Assembly (NCBI GenBank): GCA_963753975.1
Contig: CAVWEH010000005.1
Coordinates: forward strand, 731,734 to 795,733
Direction of reading: 5' to 3'
Source of the DNA: an uncultured delta proteobacterium
Lineage (GTDB): Bacteria > Desulfobacterota > Syntrophia > Syntrophales > Smithellaceae
DNA length: 64,000 bases
Positions 32,878 through 44,509 of this stretch are shown piece after piece. Each line of letters starts with the position of its first letter. The first letter of the stretch is position 1. Position numbers and translations under genes: made by a program. Under the pieces are notes generated by a model. The model ran no database searches. It was not told where the DNA came from and saw nothing but the letters and a program-made list of their open reading frames with translations.

Positions 32878-34070
32878 ATGTTCGTAAATTTTTTCTATAT
32901 GCTACGCGATAAAGGGATTCCCGTTTCTCCCACGTCTTTTTTGCGCCTGCAAAAAGCCTTGGGCATGGGGCTTGTCCGTTCCTTGGAGATTTTTACATTG
33001 CTGCCCGCTCTTTGCTGGTGAAAAGCGAACGCTATTTCGATGTTTACGATAAGGTTTTTGCCGTAGCCTTTCACGGAGTAGTGGAAATTGATCCGACGGA
33101 AGCGGAGCTTACCGAATTGGCCAAAGCACTGCTTTCCGAATGGCTCAAAGATCCGGGCGCAATGGCCGAAGCGCTCGGCGTGCCGGAAGAAGAACTCAAA
33201 GAAATGACGCCGGAAGAATTGCTGGATTATTTCCTGGAGCGCCTGAAAGAACAAACGGAAGCGCATCACGGAGGAAATCGCTGGATCGGCACGAACGGTA
33301 CTTCACCGGTCGGCCATTCGGGCGATCATCCGGGCGGTATGCGCGTGGGCGGTACTTCGCAAAACAAATCGGCGATTAAAGTGGCTATGGAACGGCGTTA
33401 CCGCGATTATTCACAGGAAGGGCCGATTACCGCTTCGCAAATCGGCGAAGCTCTGAAAAGGCTCAAGCATCTTACACCATCCGGACCGCAGGATATTGTC
33501 AATATCGATAAAACCATTTATCAAACGATGCGCAATGCCGGAGAAATTGAAATTGTTTTTGACCGCCGGCTTGCCGACCGCCTGAAAGTGAAGCTGTTTA
33601 TCGATAACGGCGGCTGGTCTATGGATCCTTATGTGGAACTTGTTCAGGTTCTTTTTCATTACGCCAGTTTCAGTTCAAAGAACTGGAGATTTATTATTTC
33701 CACAACACCATTTATAAAAACGTCTGGCAGGATCCCGAACGCCACAAAAAACCGGTGCTGGTGGAAGATTTTGTTACGCAGCGATCCGGAAACACGCTTG
33801 ATTATCGTCGGCGACGCCTCCATGGCGCCTTATGAATTGATGAATCCCAATGGAGCCATTTACTTTAACCAGAATTATTTACAGCCCAGCATTGAATATT
33901 TGAAAATGCTGGCCAAAACTTTCCGCCATGCCGTCTGGCTGAATCCTGTCGCGCAAGTGGACTGGCCTTATACCTGGACAATAAAAAATATCGAAAAAAT
34001 ATTCCCGATGTTTGAACTTTCTTTGGATGGATTGGAAAAAGCAGTCCGCCATTTAATGTCCCGCAATTAA
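32878..34070 (+). CDS. VWA-domain (CoxE-like) partner of MoxR; frameshifted
   Basis: MFVNFFYMLRDKGIPVSPT start; HHGGNRWIGT, IDNGGWSMDPY, VGDASMAPYEL, WLNP. Confidence 0.85.
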
Positions 34071-34084
34071 CTTTTAAGACAGGG

Positions 34085-34252
34085 ATGGATTATAAAAATA
34101 ATATTTGCATTTCCGGGGAATTAAAGCCTGCGGATAGTATTTTAAAGGTTAAGATTAGGACAAAAGATGCCATCCATTATATTGACGTCCATAATATCAA
34201 CAAACGACCGCCTCTGGAAGACCTCATTCGGGAACTTCAAAAGCTTAAGTAA
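34085..34252 (+). pseudogene. Probable peroxiredoxin/redoxin relic with large internal deletion
   Basis: MDYKNNICISGELKPADSILKVKI joined to IHYIDVHNINKRPPLEDLIRELQKLK; resembles the two ends of redoxin proteins as recalled, not searched. Confidence 0.55.
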
Positions 34253-34333
34253 GCAATTTTCATAAGATAAATTCAGTCCATACTAATCGGGAATTTTTTC
34301 TTGACATAGCCCTGATATTAATATACGAATTTG

Positions 34334-34346
34334 TGACCAAGAGTCA
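34334..34346. promoter_or_regulatory. Putative TetR operator
   Basis: TGAC-N5-GTCA palindrome just downstream of TTGACA (34301) and upstream of tetR. Confidence 0.45.
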
Positions 34347-34401
34347 GGGAGAAATACCGAAAACAAATATTCGTCACTTTAACTAAGGAGGAATATCTAT
34401 T

Positions 34402-35034
34402 TTGGGCTCGCCGGAAAAAAAGAAAAAAGAAAAAGAAAATAAGAAAAACACAATCTTAAGAGCGGCAAGAAAGCTTTTCTTTGATCGGGGTTTCAAATTC
34501 GTAACCGTGGATAGTATCGCGGCCAAGGCTGGAGTCAGTAAAGGTTCGATTTATCTTTATTTTGACTCCAAAGAAGAGATCTACGCCCAAGTTTTGATTA
34601 CCGACAATATCGAACTTAATAAAAACATTAAAATATTTTCCACCAAAGAAGCGTCGGCTGCGGAACTTTTGCTGGAATTTTCGCAGATCTACATTAATTA
34701 TTTTTTAGATCATAATGAGTTATTCAGAATACTTATGACTTTCATGCTGCAAACCGAGCAGATGAATCTTACGCAAGAACAAAACGCCGAGCTCATCCGG
34801 ACGACAAATGAAAATATTAAGGTTATTTCCACAATAATTCAAAAGGGTATTGATTCCGGTGAGTTCGCGCCGGCAATCAATCTCCGGCAGGCACAAAACG
34901 CGATATGGGGTCTATTCAACGGTATTATTTCTCTTTATCTCTTCATGGGCAATCCGGCGAAACGTGCGGATAGGATTCACTCAATGGTAAGAGACAGTTT
35001 AAACATTTTTATCAAAGGCTTGAAAAAATATTGA
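34402..35034 (+). CDS. TetR/AcrR family regulator
   Basis: ILRAARKLF..IAAKAGVSKGSIYLYFDSKEE. Confidence 0.92.
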   Translation: MGSPEKKKKEKENKKNTILRAARKLFFDRGFKFVTVDSIAAKAGVSKGSIYLYFDSKEEIYAQVLITDNIELNKNIKIFSTKEASAAELLLEFSQIYINYFLDHNELFRILMTFMLQTEQMNLTQEQNAELIRTTNENIKVISTIIQKGIDSGEFAPAINLRQAQNAIWGLFNGIISLYLFMGNPAKRADRIHSMVRDSLNIFIKGLKKY

Positions 35035-35067
35035 ATATTTGCGACATAAAAGCAAAGGGGATTATTT

Positions 35068-35238
35068 ATGCCTAGGGTAGGTTTGCAGGAATTAATAATT
35101 ATAATGGTTATTGCCTTGATTATCTTCGGGCCCGGTAAAATCCCGGAAATCGGCGGAGCAATCGGCAAAGCCATCCGGAATTTCAAAAAGTCCGTCGATG
35201 AACCGGCGCAGGTACCCGAACAAAAAGAAAACAAATGA
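35068..35238 (+). CDS. tatA: Second TatA/E (56 aa, absent from ORF track)
   Basis: [42 protein letters not shown]. Confidence 0.9.
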   Translation: MPRVGLQELIIIMVIALIIFGPGKIPEIGGAIGKAIRNFKKSVDEPAQVPEQKENK

Positions 35239-35300
35239 TGACAATACCGGCATGTTTCAATAAAAGTGATATGCCGAAAGATCAAATGAAAGGGGGAAGT

Positions 35301-36528
35301 ATGGCAAAAGGGAATAATTCCGAATACAAGAAAATGATCGACAAGCAGTACAGAGACTTGATGAAGCATTGTCAGGTTCACATGGAAAAAATTGAAAAAG
35401 ATTTACCTGAACCAAAGGAAGATTTTCAGGAAATTTTAAAGGAGCACGGTGTTCAGTCGAAGAGATTTCATTAAATGGACATCGGCGATGACTGCAGCTT
35501 TGATGCTTCCGCCGATTTTCCGTCCGATGGTGGCCAAAGCTGCCGAAAATTTCAGCCGCCTTCCTGTGGTGTGGCTGCATTTTGCCGAATGCACCGGCTG
35601 CTCTGAAGCATTCTTACGTTCTTCTTATCCCAATGTTGATGACTATTCTGCTGGAAACCATCTCACTGGAATATCATGAAACACTGATGGCGGCTTCCGG
35701 TTATCAGGCGGAACAAAATCTGGAAAAAGCCATTAATGATTTTGCCGGTAAGTTCATTTGCGTCATCGAAGGCGCCTTACCCAGAGGGTTGAACGGAAAA
35801 TATCTTACACTTGGCCCCAAAGGAAAAACCGGCATTCGAAGTAGCCAAGGAAGTTACTTCGAAAGCTGCTGCTGTTGTCTGTATCGGCGCCTGCTCCTGT
35901 TACGGAAATATTCAGGCAGCCAATCCCAATCCTACCGATTCTGTTGGTATCAGTAAGGCATTAGGAATCAGTACGGTTAATATCGCCGGTTGTCCGCCCA
36001 ACGCTGTTAATTTCACCGGTACACTGCTCCACTATCTCATGTTTGGTTCTCTGCCCCCGTTGGATTCTTTGGGAAGACCTGTTTGGGCTTACGGAAAGCG
36101 TATTCATGATTATTGTGAAAGAAGGTCGCATTATGATGCGTCGGAATTTGTCGAAGAATGGGGCGATACAGGTGCGCTCAAAGGCTGGTGTTTGTATAAA
36201 ATGGGCTGCAAAGGTCCTTATACTTATGCCAACTGCGCTAAAGTTCGCTTCAATGACGCAATTTCCTGGCCGGTTATGGCCGGTCATGGCTGCATCGGTT
36301 GTACCGAACCGGCATTCTGGGATACCATGGCCCCATTGGAAAAACCACTCAGTGATAAAACTATATGGCGGTGGAGAAAAAACAGTTGATACTATCGGCA
36401 TCGTTTTAACAGGTGCAGCTGTAGCCGGAGTTGCAGTTCATGCGATAGCGAGTGCAGTCAGGCACCGCCAAAGCGATTTTTTTAAAACGGCCCCCACATC
36501 TCATAAAGACGACCGGACGGAGGAATAA
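35301..36528 (+). CDS. [NiFe]-hydrogenase small subunit, Tat-exported with C-terminal anchor; several frameshifts
   Basis: SRRDFIKW, ECTGCSE, GCPP, IHDYCERR, WCLYKMGCKGP, GHGCIGC. Confidence 0.92.
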
Positions 36529-36531
36529 CGT

Positions 36532-38210
36532 ATGACTAAAAGAATTATTGTCGATCCAATCACCAGGATTGAAGGACATTTAAGAATTGAAGTAGAAGTT
36601 GATAACAACAATGTTATCAAAGACGCCTGGAGCAGCATTACACTCTGGCGTGGTATTGAGACCATTTTAAAAGGCCGCGACCCGCGTGATGCCGGTTTGA
36701 TCGTCCAGCGTTTCTGCGGCGTCTGTACTTATGTACATTACGAAGCCAGCATTCTGGCCTGCGAAGATGCTTTCGGCATCAAACCGCCGCCCAATGCCAG
36801 AATTGCCCGTAATTTAATCAGCGCATCTCTCTATCTAACCGATCACATCATGCATTTTTATCATCTGCATGGTCTGGACTGGGTGGATGTTGTCAGCGCT
36901 CTTTCGGCTAATCCGAAAAAAGCAGTGGAAATGGCCAAAGCATACAGCCCCAATCCTTACAATTGTTCGGCAACTCACTACAAAGCCGTTCAGGAACGAC
37001 TTACCAAATTTGTCAAATCCGGCCGTCTCGGACCTTTGCCAACGCCTACTGGGGAAATCCATCCTACAAACTGCCGCCGGAAGCCAATTTAATCATTCTT
37101 TCCCATTATCTTGATGCCCTGGCAGATTTCCAAAGTCGGCGCCCAGATGATGGCTATCCTGGGCGGAAAGAATCCTCATCCGCAGTCACTGGTTGTCGGC
37201 GGTATTACTTCGGGCATGGATTTATTTGATGCCGAACGTATGGGACAATATCTGTTCCGTTTCAAGGAAATGAAAAACTTTATCGAAACAGCTTATCTGC
37301 CGGACGTTCTTCTGGCTGCTACTTACTATAAAGATGAAGGCCTGAAAGGTATCGGCGGCGGTGTGAAGAATTATCTTTCTTACGGCGGATTCCCTCTGGA
37401 TGATGATTGGAATAAACTGCTCTTCCCGCGCGGAATTGTCAAAGACAGAAATCTGGCCAAACCGCTGAAACTGGATGAAGAAAAAATTACCGAAGAAGTA
37501 ACTCATTCCTGGTACAAAGGTAAAGAACCGCAGCATCCTTATCAACGGAACAACCGATCCCGAATATACCGGCTATGACAAGAACGGCAATGTCAAAGGG
37601 CAATGAAAAATATACCTGGTGTAAAGCACCCCGTTACGACAACAAACCTTATGAAGTAGGTCCATTGGCTCGTATGGTTGTCGGCTATGCTCAGGGTGAT
37701 AAGGACATTAAACCGCTTATCGATTCCACACTGAAAGCAACCGGACTGCCCGCAACCGTTCTTTTCTCCACGTTAGGCAGAACGGCGGCGCGCGCTTTGG
37801 AAACCAAGCTGGTCGCGGACAATACCGAAGGATGGGTGAATGAACTGATCGGAAATATCAAGAAAGGCGACACCCGTACCTGGACACGCTGCGATGTTCC
37901 CAAGAAACCGGCGCAAGGGCGCGGCATGACGGAACCGCCGCGCGGCGCTCTCGGTCACTGGATCAAAATCGAAAACGAAGTTATTTCCAACTATCAGGCC
38001 GTTGTTCCTTCAACCTGGAACTGCTCACCCCGTGATAAAGCGGGCTTACGCGGTCCCTATGAAGAATCCTTGATCGGAACGAAACTGGCAAAAGTAGATC
38101 AGCCGCTGGAAATTATCCGGACGATCCATTCGTTTGATCCGTGTATGGCTTGCGCAGTGCATATTATCGATCCGAAAACGAATGAGATCAAAAAATTTAA
38201 AGTGGCTTAA
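36532..38210 (+). CDS. [NiFe]-hydrogenase large subunit (group 1b-like); frameshifts
   Basis: [11 protein letters not shown]1 [12 protein letters not shown]2 [11 protein letters not shown] plus cleavable tail. Confidence 0.93.
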
Positions 38211-38222
38211 GGGGAGGTGACC

Positions 38223-38901
38223 ATGCAAAAATATTCGCAAAAATATCTAGGTGTCAAAGAGTGGTCTGCCTCCATGCGGATCAACCACTGGGCAGTGGCG
38301 GTCTCGATATTCGTGTTGATTGTGACCGGTTTCTATATTGCCGATCCATTTACGATATCCAAAGGAGAAACTGTATACAAATTTTTCATGGGCAATGTGC
38401 GTTTTGTCCATATCCTGTTCGGCGTGTTTCTCATCTTTCTGTCCCTCTGGCGGCTTTATCTGGCCTTCTTCTCCAGTTTTCATGCGGACTGGAGGGATTT
38501 CCTCGCCTGGACGGATATGAAATGCCACGATCGAGCAGATTAAATTCTATCTGCTGATCAAGGGACATCCGGAACAGAAGTACCTATACGGGTCCATGCA
38601 GGCTCTGGCCTATAGCGGTTGCTGGTTCATGGTCGTCGTCATACTCGTCACGGGGCTGATCCTGATGGGGGCCGGATACCATGCCGGTCTGACATCGGTG
38701 GCATACTTCGTGCTGAAACCGGTAGAGAATCTGATGGGCGGCCTGGCCGTGGTTCGCTACATTCACCACATCTTTACCTGGCTGTTCATCCTGTTCATCG
38801 TCGTTCACATATACATGGCCTTCTGGTATGACGCTGTTCTTAAACAAGGTACGGTTTCGTCCATGATCGGAGGAACAAAGTTCAAAAGGATAAAAGAGTA
38901 A
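38223..38901 (+). CDS. Hydrogenase b-type cytochrome subunit; frameshift near 38525
   Basis: RINHW, RFVH, RYIHHIFTW..VHIYM. Confidence 0.9.
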
Positions 38902-38924
38902 CCGGAATAACTATTGTTTTTTTC

Positions 38925-38964
38925 GAGAGGGGAGAGATATAGCAATTCTCCCCTCTTGTTTTTT
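38925..38964 (+). terminator. Intrinsic terminator between hydrogenase structural and maturation genes
   Basis: GAGAGGGGAGA..TCTCCCCTCTT followed by T-run. Confidence 0.75.
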
Positions 38965-39006
38965 AATGGGCTGTTGATAAACAGTCATATATTGAGATTA
39001 CACATT

Positions 39007-39519
39007 ATGACTGAAAAGAAGGAAAAGGTCACGATCCTGGGCGTAGGGAATATTCTGCTCGGGGACGAGGGCTTCGGTGTTCATTTCATTCGCTGGTTTT
39101 CTCAGCGTTATAAACCTTCGGAAAATGTCAGCATTATTGATGGCGGCACACTGGGATATGCGCTGCTGGATATAATTTGCAGTTGCGATAATTTGATTGT
39201 GATCGATGTTTTGAAGGCGAAGGATACACCCGGTTCTATTTATCGCTTTAATACTCAGGAAATGCAGGCGCACATGCCGCCTCCCACAACGGCTCATGAA
39301 GTTACTTTTTTTGATGTCTTATTTAAAGTGGAACTGATGGACGAATTGCCGGAAACATTATTTTTATGCATTGTCCCGCAGGATTACGGCGATATGAATA
39401 TGGAAATGACTCCTGTAATGCAGGAGAAGTTTCCGGTGATGGAAAAATTTCTTCTGGAAGAATTATCCAAATTGAATGTGAGCTTTGGAAAGAAGAGAGA
39501 ATGCATGAACTGTATTTAG
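39007..39519 (+). CDS. Hydrogenase maturation protease (HyaD/HybD family)
   Basis: LGVGNILLGDEGFGVH, IDGGTLG, TAHE. Confidence 0.92.
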   Translation: MTEKKEKVTILGVGNILLGDEGFGVHFIRWFSQRYKPSENVSIIDGGTLGYALLDIICSCDNLIVIDVLKAKDTPGSIYRFNTQEMQAHMPPPTTAHEVTFFDVLFKVELMDELPETLFLCIVPQDYGDMNMEMTPVMQEKFPVMEKFLLEELSKLNVSFGKKRECMNCI

Positions 39520-39845
39520 CCGAATCTATTTTAAATATCGTTCAGGAATACGCGGCAAAGCAACATTTCAGTAAAGTGAATTCCATTTCACTTTCCTTTG
39601 GCCGCCTGTCCTGTATTGAGTCGAAGTCTTTACAATTTGCTTTTGAAGTGCAGGCAAAAAATACACTTGCTGAAAGTGCCTCTCTGGATTTTCAAATTCT
39701 ACCCGCCGTTATCCATTGCTTTTCCTGCGAAAAGGATTTAGAAGTAGAAACATATTCGGCCATCTGCCCAAACTGTGGCGGAGAAGAAGTCATTTTAACC
39801 GGCGGTACGGAAGAATTACGAATTTTAGAAATGGACGTAGATTAG
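39501..39845 (+). CDS. hypA: Hydrogenase nickel chaperone HypA
   Basis: MHE start, CFSC..CPNC. Confidence 0.93.
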   Translation: MHELYLAESILNIVQEYAAKQHFSKVNSISLSFGRLSCIESKSLQFAFEVQAKNTLAESASLDFQILPAVIHCFSCEKDLEVETYSAICPNCGGEEVILTGGTEELRILEMDVD

Positions 39846-39918
39846 TAAGTTAGAAATTATTTTCTGCGATTTTTAGCAGAAAATAATTTCGTTAACGCAC
39901 TTATCCCGTTTATCGGGG
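39846..39918. repeat. Perfect 15-bp hairpin plus TATCCCG..CGGGG mini-hairpin (possible inverted member of the modular repeat family)
   Basis: GAAATTATTTTCTGC/GCAGAAAATAATTTC at 39853-39890. Confidence 0.6.
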
Positions 39919-39931
39919 TTAGGAATTTATT

Positions 39932-40162
39932 ATGTGTATTGGATTTCCCGGAATAATCATCTCGATTGACAAAGATAATTACGCTATCATCGACATCAGC
40001 GGAACGAGACGTGAGGTTTGCCTGGATATCGTGGATGAACCAGTCATCGTTGGTGATTATGTGATTACCCATGCTGGTTATGCCATTCACAAGATAGATG
40101 TAGAATCGGCTAAAGAAAAACTCTCAGCGCTACAAGAGCTTATCGACAATGAAATATATTGA
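39932..40162 (+). CDS. hypC: HypC
   Basis: MCIGFPG, GDYVITHAGYAI. Confidence 0.93.
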   Translation: MCIGFPGIIISIDKDNYAIIDISGTRREVCLDIVDEPVIVGDYVITHAGYAIHKIDVESAKEKLSALQELIDNEIY

Positions 40163-41242
40163 CGAGTATCGTGATCCTGCACTGGTGGCAGGACTCTTAA
40201 CAAAAATCAGGAAAGCTGCCGATGCAATTGCCGGTCCTGTAACCATTATGGAAATCTGCGGCAGCCATACTTATGCCATCGGCCGCTTCGGTATCAGAAA
40301 ACTCCTGCCTGCAAACATCAATTTAATTTCCGGACCAGGCTGTCCGGTTTGCGTGACATCCTCGCGTGATGTGGATATAGCTCTTTATTTAGCCGGTCAG
40401 GCCAATACGATATTTGCTACTTTCGGCGATATGCTCAGAGTCCCGGGCACAAATGGCGACAGCCTCCAGAAGAAGACGAGCGGCAGGCGCTGATGTCCGG
40501 GTGGTTTCATCCGCCGATGAGTGTATCGCGCTTGCTCAATCCAATCCGCAAAAAGAAGTCATTATGATGGGCATCGGCTTTGAGACAACAGCGCCGACAA
40601 TTGCCGCCACCGTCGAGCAGCTGCCGCAAAAAAGGCATTAAAAACTTTTCCGTCTTTTCCGTGCATAAGATTGTGCCTCCTGCGCTTTTGGCTTTACTTG
40701 CCGATCCACTGCTGAATATCGACGGCTTTCTTTGCCCGGGCCATGTCAGCACCATGATTGGCTCCGATGCTTACAAGATGATCACCGAAGCCAATCGGGC
40801 TGCCGTAATCACCGGATTTGAACCGGTGGACATTATGGAAGGTATCTGGATGATTTTGTCCCAGATCGAAAGCGGCAAAAAAGAAGTAGCAATTCAATAC
40901 GCGAGGGGCGTCAGACCTGAGGGAAATATCCGCGCCATGAATTTTCTGCAATCCATGTTTCAATACGGCAACTGTGGAATGGCGCGGCCTGGGATCCGAT
41001 ACCGGACGAGCGGTCTGATTTTCAATGATATCTATGCCGCCTTCGATACCTTGAAGAGATTTCAGATTCCCGATATTCACTCGGCGGAAATCAAAGGCTG
41101 CGGCTGCGGCGATATTTTACGCGGTATAAAAGCTCCGCAGGATTGCCCGTTGTTTAAAAAACTATGTACCCCTATGAATCCGATCGGGCCCTGCATGGTT
41201 TCATCGGAAGGTACTTGCTCCACCCATTATAAATATTACTAA
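40149..41242 (+). CDS. hypD: HypD; frameshifted
   Basis: MEICGSHT, GPGCPVC, GFETTAP, PGHVS, GPCMVSSEGTC. Confidence 0.92.
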
Positions 41243-41256
41243 CGGAGGTAATAAAA

Positions 41257-41922
41257 GTGAAAGTATCAGTTGTGAAAAATGTTTTGGATGCCAATGATCG
41301 AATTGCCGCGGAAAACAGAGAACTGTTCGATAAAAATAAAGTATATGTCATTAATCTGATGAGCTCGCCCGGCGCGGGAAAAACATCTCTGGTGGAACGA
41401 ACCATTCTGGCACTGAGAGATAAATATCAGAATCGGCGTGATTGAAGGGGATATTCAGGATACTTATGATGCCGATCGTATTGCCAAACTCGACATTCCC
41501 GTTGTGCAGATCAATACCGGCGGCGCCTGCCATATCGACGGCAATATGATCCGGGAAGCTCTGCCGACTTTTGATTTGAGCAAAATTGATCTGCTCATTG
41601 TCGAAAATGTCGGCAATCTGGTTTGCCCGGCGGAATTCAAAATCGGTGAAAATGTCAAAATCATGCTCTTGAGCACTCCGGAAGGCGCTGACAAACCGGC
41701 AAAATATCCTTTGATGTTTCAGGAATCAGCAGCGCTCCTGATCAATAAAATTGACCTGATGCCCTATGTGGATTTTGATCTGAAAAAAGCAAAACGAGAT
41801 GCGCTTTCGCTGCACAAAGATTTAAAAATATTTGAAGTATCCTGTAAGACCGCGTCGGTCTTGATGGCTGGATTAAGTGGCTTACGGATCGCATAGATGC
41901 TTTCCACAAATCACGGGTATGA
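41257..41922 (+). CDS. hypB: HypB GTPase; frameshifts near 41430 and 41855
   Basis: SSPGAGKT, TGGACH, ENVGNLVCPA, NKIDL. Confidence 0.92.
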
Positions 41923-42175
41923 ACCCCCAAGCAAGCTTCGGAAACATTTCTCGATCTCGCTGCTGGTTATCATACCCCATTTATACGGGATAATTCGACT
42001 AACAAACTTCAATGCGTCTATAGTGACCTTTAGGTTATTTGCTTTCGAAGTTTGAGTCTCATTACCCTCCGCGTTGCGGGATTGTTCAACTCACCAATTC
42101 CGATACGCTACGTCCGGCACGTGTGACCTTTAGGTTATTCGCCGGATTCCACTTTCGGAATTGGAGTTTCACAAT
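41915..42175. repeat. Modular structured repeat, locus B (hairpin plus two units)
   Basis: CGGGATAATTCGACTAAC..GAGTCTCATTA and CGGGATTGTTCAACT..GAGTTTCACAAT; internal direct repeat GTGACCTTTAGGTTATT. Confidence 0.8.
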
Positions 42176-42184
42176 AAAAAAGTT

Positions 42185-44460
42185 ATGAAAAGAGTTCGTT
42201 ATCTGTTTTCCGGCGTGGTTCAGGGCGTCGGTTTCCGGCCTTTTATTTATCGCCTGGCTGTCAAAAACGGCTTGCGCGGTTTTGTCCAAAATCGTCCGGA
42301 CGGAGTTCTGGTAGAAGTCCAGGGCTCTGTAGCGGCAATCGATTCTTTTCTGGCCGGGGTTCGTCAGGAGCTGCCGCCGCTGGCCGATGTTACGAATATT
42401 TCATCCGGGGAAATTGCCATACAGCCGGATGATAATTTTCGGATTATCGAAAGTGAAAGGCGTGGTGATAGTGATGTGCACATCTCACCGGACATAGCCA
42501 TTTGTACGGATTGCCTGAAAGAACTTTTTGATCCCCTTGACCGCCGTTACCGATATCCCTTTTATCAATTGTACCAATTGCGGCCCGCGGCTGACAATCA
42601 TTAAATCAATTCCTTACGACCGCATTAATACTTCCATGGCCTGCTTTCCTCTTTGTCCGCAGTGCCGGGCTGAATATAAGAATCCAGCCAACAGGCGCTT
42701 TCATGCTGAACCCAATGCCTGCCCTTTGTGTGGCCCCCAAATTCAACTCCTGGATGAGACAGGCAATAAGGTCGGCGCTGCTGAACCCATAAAGACTGCT
42801 ATCGGTTTGCTTAAAGAGGGCAAAATTTTAGCCATCAAGGGTTTGGGAGGATTTCATCTGAGTGCAGATGCCGGAAATGACGAAGCAGTAAGAAGACTTC
42901 GTTCACGCAAGTTTCGGGAAGAAAAGCCTATGGCCATCATGGTCAAGAACTTAGAAAATGTGCAACGTTTTGCCGACGTTAATGAAGAAGAAGAGAAGCT
43001 TCTTAGCTCGCCGCAGCGGCCAATTGTTCTGCTGAAAAAGAAAAAAGGTACCACAATTTCCGGGCAGGTGGCACCCGGTGTTCCTAACCTCGGCGTTATG
43101 CTTCCTTATACGCCGCTGCATTATTTGCTTTTGGAAAAAGATTTTGATGCGCTGGTCATGACCAGCGCAAATCAGGTTGATGAACCAATTTGCATCAGCA
43201 ATCGGGAAGCGGTAACTCGATTAAAAGAAATTGCCGATTATTTTCTCATTCACAATCGTGATATTTTAGTTCGCTGTGATGACTCCATCGTTATGTTCGC
43301 CGGAGGAAGACAGCAACTGATGAGGCGTTCGCGCGGTTTCGTTCCCAAGCCTATTATCCTGAAAGATACTTTTCCTGATGTGCTGGCCCTGGGCCCGCAG
43401 ATGAAAGCAACACAATGCGTCTTGAAAGGCAACTTTGCATTTTTGAGTCCCCACATTGGCGATATGGAAACACCGCAAGCGCGGGATTTTTTCCAGGAAA
43501 GTCTAACTTTGATGAAAAAAATTACTGAATCCAACCCCGCAAGTGATTGCCTGCGACTATCACCCCGGCTACTATTCGACAAAGATCGCTGCAGAACTTA
43601 CCGGTGTTAGAATAGTCCGCGTTCAACATCATCACGCCCATATTGTCAGTTGCATGGCGGAAAATCAAATTGAAGGCGATGTGATCGGCCTGGCGATGGA
43701 TGGCAGCGGCTATGGTCTTGATGGTAACGCCTGGGGTGGAGAATTCCTGGTCGCGAACGAAACGGAATTTAAGCGTCTTGGTCATCTCCGGTATTTTGTT
43801 TTACCGGGAGGTCAGAAGGCGATCCATGAACCCTGGCGAATCGGTGTGAGTTTACTGAAGCAAGCCTACGGCCAATCATGGCCGGAGATTGTTTCCCGCC
43901 TGAATTTTGCGCCTGATCAAACTAATTTTGCATTACTGGATAAAATAATAGAAACAAAACTCAATTCACCGCTGTCTTCCGGTTTGGGAAGATTATTTGA
44001 CGGAGTTGCGGCAATTATCGGTTTGCGCAAGACGGTGAGTTTTGAAGGGCAGGCCGCGATGGAACTGGAGGGACAAGCTGATCGGAAAGCCGGCAAGCCC
44101 TTCCCTTTTGAAATTATGGTTGATCAGGATAACTGTTTTATTCTCGATATTTCATCCACAATCCGTGCTATTGTAAATAGTCTTTTAGCAGGAAAAAGCA
44201 AGAAAGAAATTTCCTCTTCTTTTCATCGGACACTGGCAGCGGCATTTGCCGCTATGTGCGAACGGATACGCGAAAAAACCAGCATCAATAGGGTCTTCTT
44301 AAGTGGCGGTTGCTTTCAAAACAAAATTCTATTAGAAGACAGCATTACGCAACTGGAAAACGCCGGTTTTGTGGTTTATCACCATGAACAGATACCAACC
44401 AATGACGGCGGCATTGCTTTAGGCCAAGCAATTATCGCCGGAGCGATCGCCAAGAAATAG
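42185..44460 (+). CDS. hypF: Carbamoyltransferase HypF; frameshifts near 42560 and 43540
   Basis: GVVQGVGFRP, CTNCGPR, KGLGGFHL, QHHHAH, NDGGIALGQ. Confidence 0.93.
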
Positions 44461-44509
44461 GTGATGGTACGCCCCCCCCTTCTAAGTGGGGAATAGAAAG
44501 GAATTTTTT

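Noticed and set aside
36532..38210. [NiFeSe] hydrogenase
   Set aside because: The L2 motif is DPCMAC with TGT/TGC codons; no TGA.
41915..42175. Mini CRISPR array (repeated GTGACCTTTAGGTTATT and CGGGAT units)
   Set aside because: Only two copies, the intervening sequence is itself palindromic, and there are no cas genes or regular period.
35301..44460. Programmed frameshifting or phase variation in hydrogenase/hyp genes
   Set aside because: The indels are numerous, scattered and mostly outside long repeats or slippery sites; assembly error is more parsimonious.
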